Positions 62,014-64,000 of a stretch of 64,000 bases of DNA are shown here, one piece after another. Source of the stretch: Desulfovirgula sp. (lineage in GTDB: Bacteria > Bacillota > Desulfotomaculia > Desulfotomaculales > Nap2-2B). Numbering within the stretch: the first letter of the stretch is position 1; each line of letters starts with the position of its first letter. The stretch is taken from NCBI GenBank assembly GCA_020725585.1, contig DYES01000069.1, positions 1,750 to 65,749 on the forward strand. The letters run 5' to 3'. The position numbers were made by a program, and so were the translations under genes. The notes below the pieces were generated by a model. That model was not told where the DNA came from and searched no databases. It saw nothing but the letters and a program-made list of their open reading frames with translations.

Positions 62014-62784
62014 TCAAATCTGCAAAGCCCTGCAAACAGCCCGCCACCGCTCGGCCAGGGTGGCTTCAATTTTACCATCCTCGGTTTCCACCCGGCATCC
62101 CCCCCGCTCAACACCCGCATCGCCGATAATATGAAGGGCGGTTTCGGGCGAGAGCACCTGCAGCAGTTCATCCTTGTTTTGCTGAACCAGGGTTATTTCT
62201 TCAGGATTCACGTAAAGCACCACCTGCTGCCTGTTCCGGGCAAGGAGCAGCGCTTCTTTCACAATCGCCAGCACCACTTGCGGGTCGATGGTCAGCTGGG
62301 CAGCCAGGACTTTTTCGGCTATTTCGCGGGCCAGGGAAACGATCTCCTGCTCCATGTTTTCAATCGTCCTTTGCCAGATTTCCCTGGCCTGGTTCAGCAC
62401 CTGGCGGGCCTCTTCGCGAATTGCCTGTCCATCGTGAACAGCTTTTTCCAGCCCCTCCTGGTAGCCTCTTTGGTATCCTTTTTCGTAACCTTCCGCTTCC
62501 GCCTGCCCGGCCAGGTCGCGGGCGGCAGCCAGGGCCTGGGCGTGGGCCTCACGGATTATCCTTTCCGCTTCGGCCTGCGCCCGGGCGACTATTTCTTCTG
62601 CTTTTATCCGGGCGCGGGCAAATTTTTCGCCGGCTGCCCCTTTCGCCTCCCCGGCCCCGTCATTGTTGTCTCCGTATCCATCGCCGCCTTCATTCAGGCG
62701 CAGAAAGTCCCGGCGCGCAGCCAGCGGCAAAATATCTTCCCGTCCGGCCGGCACCCCCCGGATGATTCTAAATGAGGATGGCAT
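62014..62784 (-). CDS. fliH: flagellar assembly protein FliH
   Basis: The ORF runs 62014-62826. The likely start is the ATG at 62784 after GAGGTGGGG. It has a charged coiled-coil middle and a C-terminal FliH domain (GGCRVETEDGKIEATLAERW). Confidence 0.85.
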   Translation of the reverse strand: MPSSFRIIRGVPAGREDILPLAARRDFLRLNEGGDGYGDNNDGAGEAKGAAGEKFARARIKAEEIVARAQAEAERIIREAHAQALAAARDLAGQAEAEGYEKGYQRGYQEGLEKAVHDGQAIREEARQVLNQAREIWQRTIENMEQEIVSLAREIAEKVLAAQLTIDPQVVLAIVKEALLLARNRQQVVLYVNPEEITLVQQNKDELLQVLSPETALHIIGDAGVERGGCRVETEDGKIEATLAERWRAVCRALQI

Positions 62785-63766
62785 CTTCCCCACCTCGGGC
62801 AATGATAATTTCCCCAGTTTCGTCAAGTCGGCGGATGATCTGCACGATTTTTTGCTGGGCCTCCTCCACTTCCCGCAGGCGGATGGGCCCCATGTATTGA
62901 ATTTCGTCGCGCAGCATGTCGGCGGCCCGCTTAGACATATTTTTAAAGATCCGCTCGTTGACCTCTTCGTTGGCCCCCCGCATGGCCTTGGCCAGATCCT
63001 TGGTGTCCACTTCCCTTAAAACGCGCTGGATGGCCGTATCGTGAAGCCTGACCAAATCTTCAAAAACAAACATTTGTTTTCTTATTTCATCGGCCAGGTC
63101 GGGGTCAGAAACCTCCAGGTCCTCCAGGATCGTTTTTTCCGTGCTGCGGTCTACCCGGTTCAGGATGTTGACCAGCGTTTTCAAGCCGCCAACGGTTTGA
63201 TCCTGCTGGGAAACCATGGAGAGCTTTCTCTCCAGCACCTTTTCCACTTCCCTCACGACTTCCGGAGAAATGCGCTCCATCACGGCCACCCTGCGGGCAA
63301 TGTCGCTTTGTTTCTCGGGCGGAAGCGAAGAGAGAATAAGCGCTGCCTGCTCGGGGACCAGGTACGTCAAAATCAGAGCAATTGTTTGCGGGTGCTCATC
63401 CCTGATGAAGCTGAGCAGTTGCTTGGCGTCGGTGCGGCGAAGAGAGCTAAAAGGTATGTTTTGAATTGTTACGGCCACTTTATTGAGGATCTCCTCGGCC
63501 TTTTGGGGACCCAGGGCCTTCTCCAGCACCTCTTTGGCATACTTGTACCCACCGTGCAGCAAATATTCCCTGGCCTGGGTCAACCCTAAAAACTCCTCGA
63601 GTACAGCAGCCTGAACTTCTTTGGGCACGTTTTCCATTAAGGAAATCTGCTGGCTGACTTGTTCAATTTCTTCATCGGGGAGGTGCTTTAATACTTTTGC
63701 CGAGAGATCGGCTCCCAAAGCAATTAGAACGATCGCCGCTTTCTGAAAGCCATTTAATTTCGCCAT
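62768..63766 (-). CDS. fliG: flagellar motor switch protein FliG
   Basis: 332 aa. Motifs GFQKAAIVLIALG, EHPQTIALIL, MFVFEDL and the C-terminal torque helix region. Confidence 0.93.
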   Translation of the reverse strand: MAKLNGFQKAAIVLIALGADLSAKVLKHLPDEEIEQVSQQISLMENVPKEVQAAVLEEFLGLTQAREYLLHGGYKYAKEVLEKALGPQKAEEILNKVAVTIQNIPFSSLRRTDAKQLLSFIRDEHPQTIALILTYLVPEQAALILSSLPPEKQSDIARRVAVMERISPEVVREVEKVLERKLSMVSQQDQTVGGLKTLVNILNRVDRSTEKTILEDLEVSDPDLADEIRKQMFVFEDLVRLHDTAIQRVLREVDTKDLAKAMRGANEEVNERIFKNMSKRAADMLRDEIQYMGPIRLREVEEAQQKIVQIIRRLDETGEIIIARGGEDAILI

Positions 63767-63773
63767 TGACCGA

Positions 63774-64000
63774 TTACTCCTTCAACCAGAGCTTTAGCAC
63801 TTCGGCCACTTCCGAAGGTTTTTCCTTGGCCATCTGGCGTAAATCTTTTAACGTTTCTGGCGGCTGCGGAGCTTTTATGGGCGGAGTTTCCACCGCAGGG
63901 GGCGCGGCAGCTTCCCCTATTTTTACCGCCTCCTCCAGGTCGGCGGCCCTTCTGCGCCCGCGCCTGGCCAGGAACCAAACCAGCAGCACCAGCAGAACCA
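63774..64000 (-). CDS. fliF: flagellar M-ring protein FliF, C-terminal part (gene runs off the right edge)
   Basis: The open frame reaches the window end. The C-terminal TM segment (LLVLLVWFLARRGRRR) and the acidic FliG-binding tail (EKPSEVAEVLKLWLKE) lie directly upstream of fliG. Confidence 0.8.
   Translation of the reverse strand, partial: VLLVLLVWFLARRGRRRAADLEEAVKIGEAAAPPAVETPPIKAPQPPETLKDLRQMAKEKPSEVAEVLKLWLKE

Noticed and set aside
1-64000. Search for mobile elements, prophage genes, defence systems (restriction-modification, CRISPR-Cas, toxin-antitoxin, Abi-like, retrons), and rRNA or tRNA genes.
   Set aside because: No translation in the ORF track shows transposase, integrase or recombinase, nuclease/helicase/methyltransferase defence-type, or phage structural signatures. 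No tRNA-like cloverleaf or rRNA-like segments were noticed in the intergenic regions.

Overview
Nearly every supported gene in this 64-kb window is on the minus strand. The gene content suggests a chromosome segment of a motile, anaerobic Gram-positive bacterium: Firmicutes-type FliY/CheC/CheD chemotaxis and yqeG-aroE linkage. There are three blocks. (i) 1-27.4 kb is a ~26-kb co-directional acyl-CoA catabolic supercluster. It holds 3 AMP-forming CoA ligases plus a ligase remnant, 4 acyl-CoA dehydrogenases, a FadB-like hydratase/dehydrogenase and a MaoC hydratase. It also holds 1 classical and 2 SCP-x-type thiolase-fold proteins, a free DUF35 protein and an HMG-CoA-synthase-like::DUF35 fusion. 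Further members are an NMO/FabK-like reductase, an AbfD/HpaB-family protein, two FAD oxidoreductases, an SDR and a DUF362 protein. A TetR regulator and a truncated SDR lie downstream of the cluster at the left edge. (ii) 27.5-38.8 kb is a mixed block: a TetR, a fused tandem TetR, an MFS transporter, a cupin, gene remnants, a YkgJ Cys-cluster protein, a convergent pair of small unknown genes carrying a 4x9-bp repeat, a UPF0316 protein, pdp, aroC, aroE, yqeG and mobA. (iii) 38.9-64 kb is a large flagellar/chemotaxis cluster. In transcription order it reads fliF'-fliG-fliH-fliI-fliJ-fliK-flgD-TIGR02530-flgE-like-flgE-fliL-fliN-fliO-fliP-fliQ-fliR-flhB-flhA-flhF-flhG-PilZ-fliA-two rod genes-cheD-cheR-cheC-cheY-fliM-fliY. 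I found no rRNA, tRNA, CRISPR array, transposase, integrase, phage gene or recognisable defence system. The most interesting signals are two adjacent DUF35-associated modules in the catabolic cluster whose thiolase-superfamily partners appear, by eye, to have lost the canonical catalytic Cys/His residues. One is an Ltp2-like putative retro-aldolase next to MaoC and DUF35. The other is a Cys/His-less HMGCS-like::DUF35 fusion next to a catalytically intact thiolase. Together with the isoprenoid-type flavoenzymes, this points to an undescribed anaerobic C-C cleavage route for branched acyl-CoAs. Secondary signals are a strand-asymmetric nested-helix RNA leader upstream of aroC, a fused tandem TetR, recurring ACTAT-type operator candidates, a cheD with no canonical start codon upstream of its catalytic Cys, tandem hook paralogues, and an NPIH variant of the FlhB autocleavage site. 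All family assignments and alignments were made by eye from the translations, without database searches.
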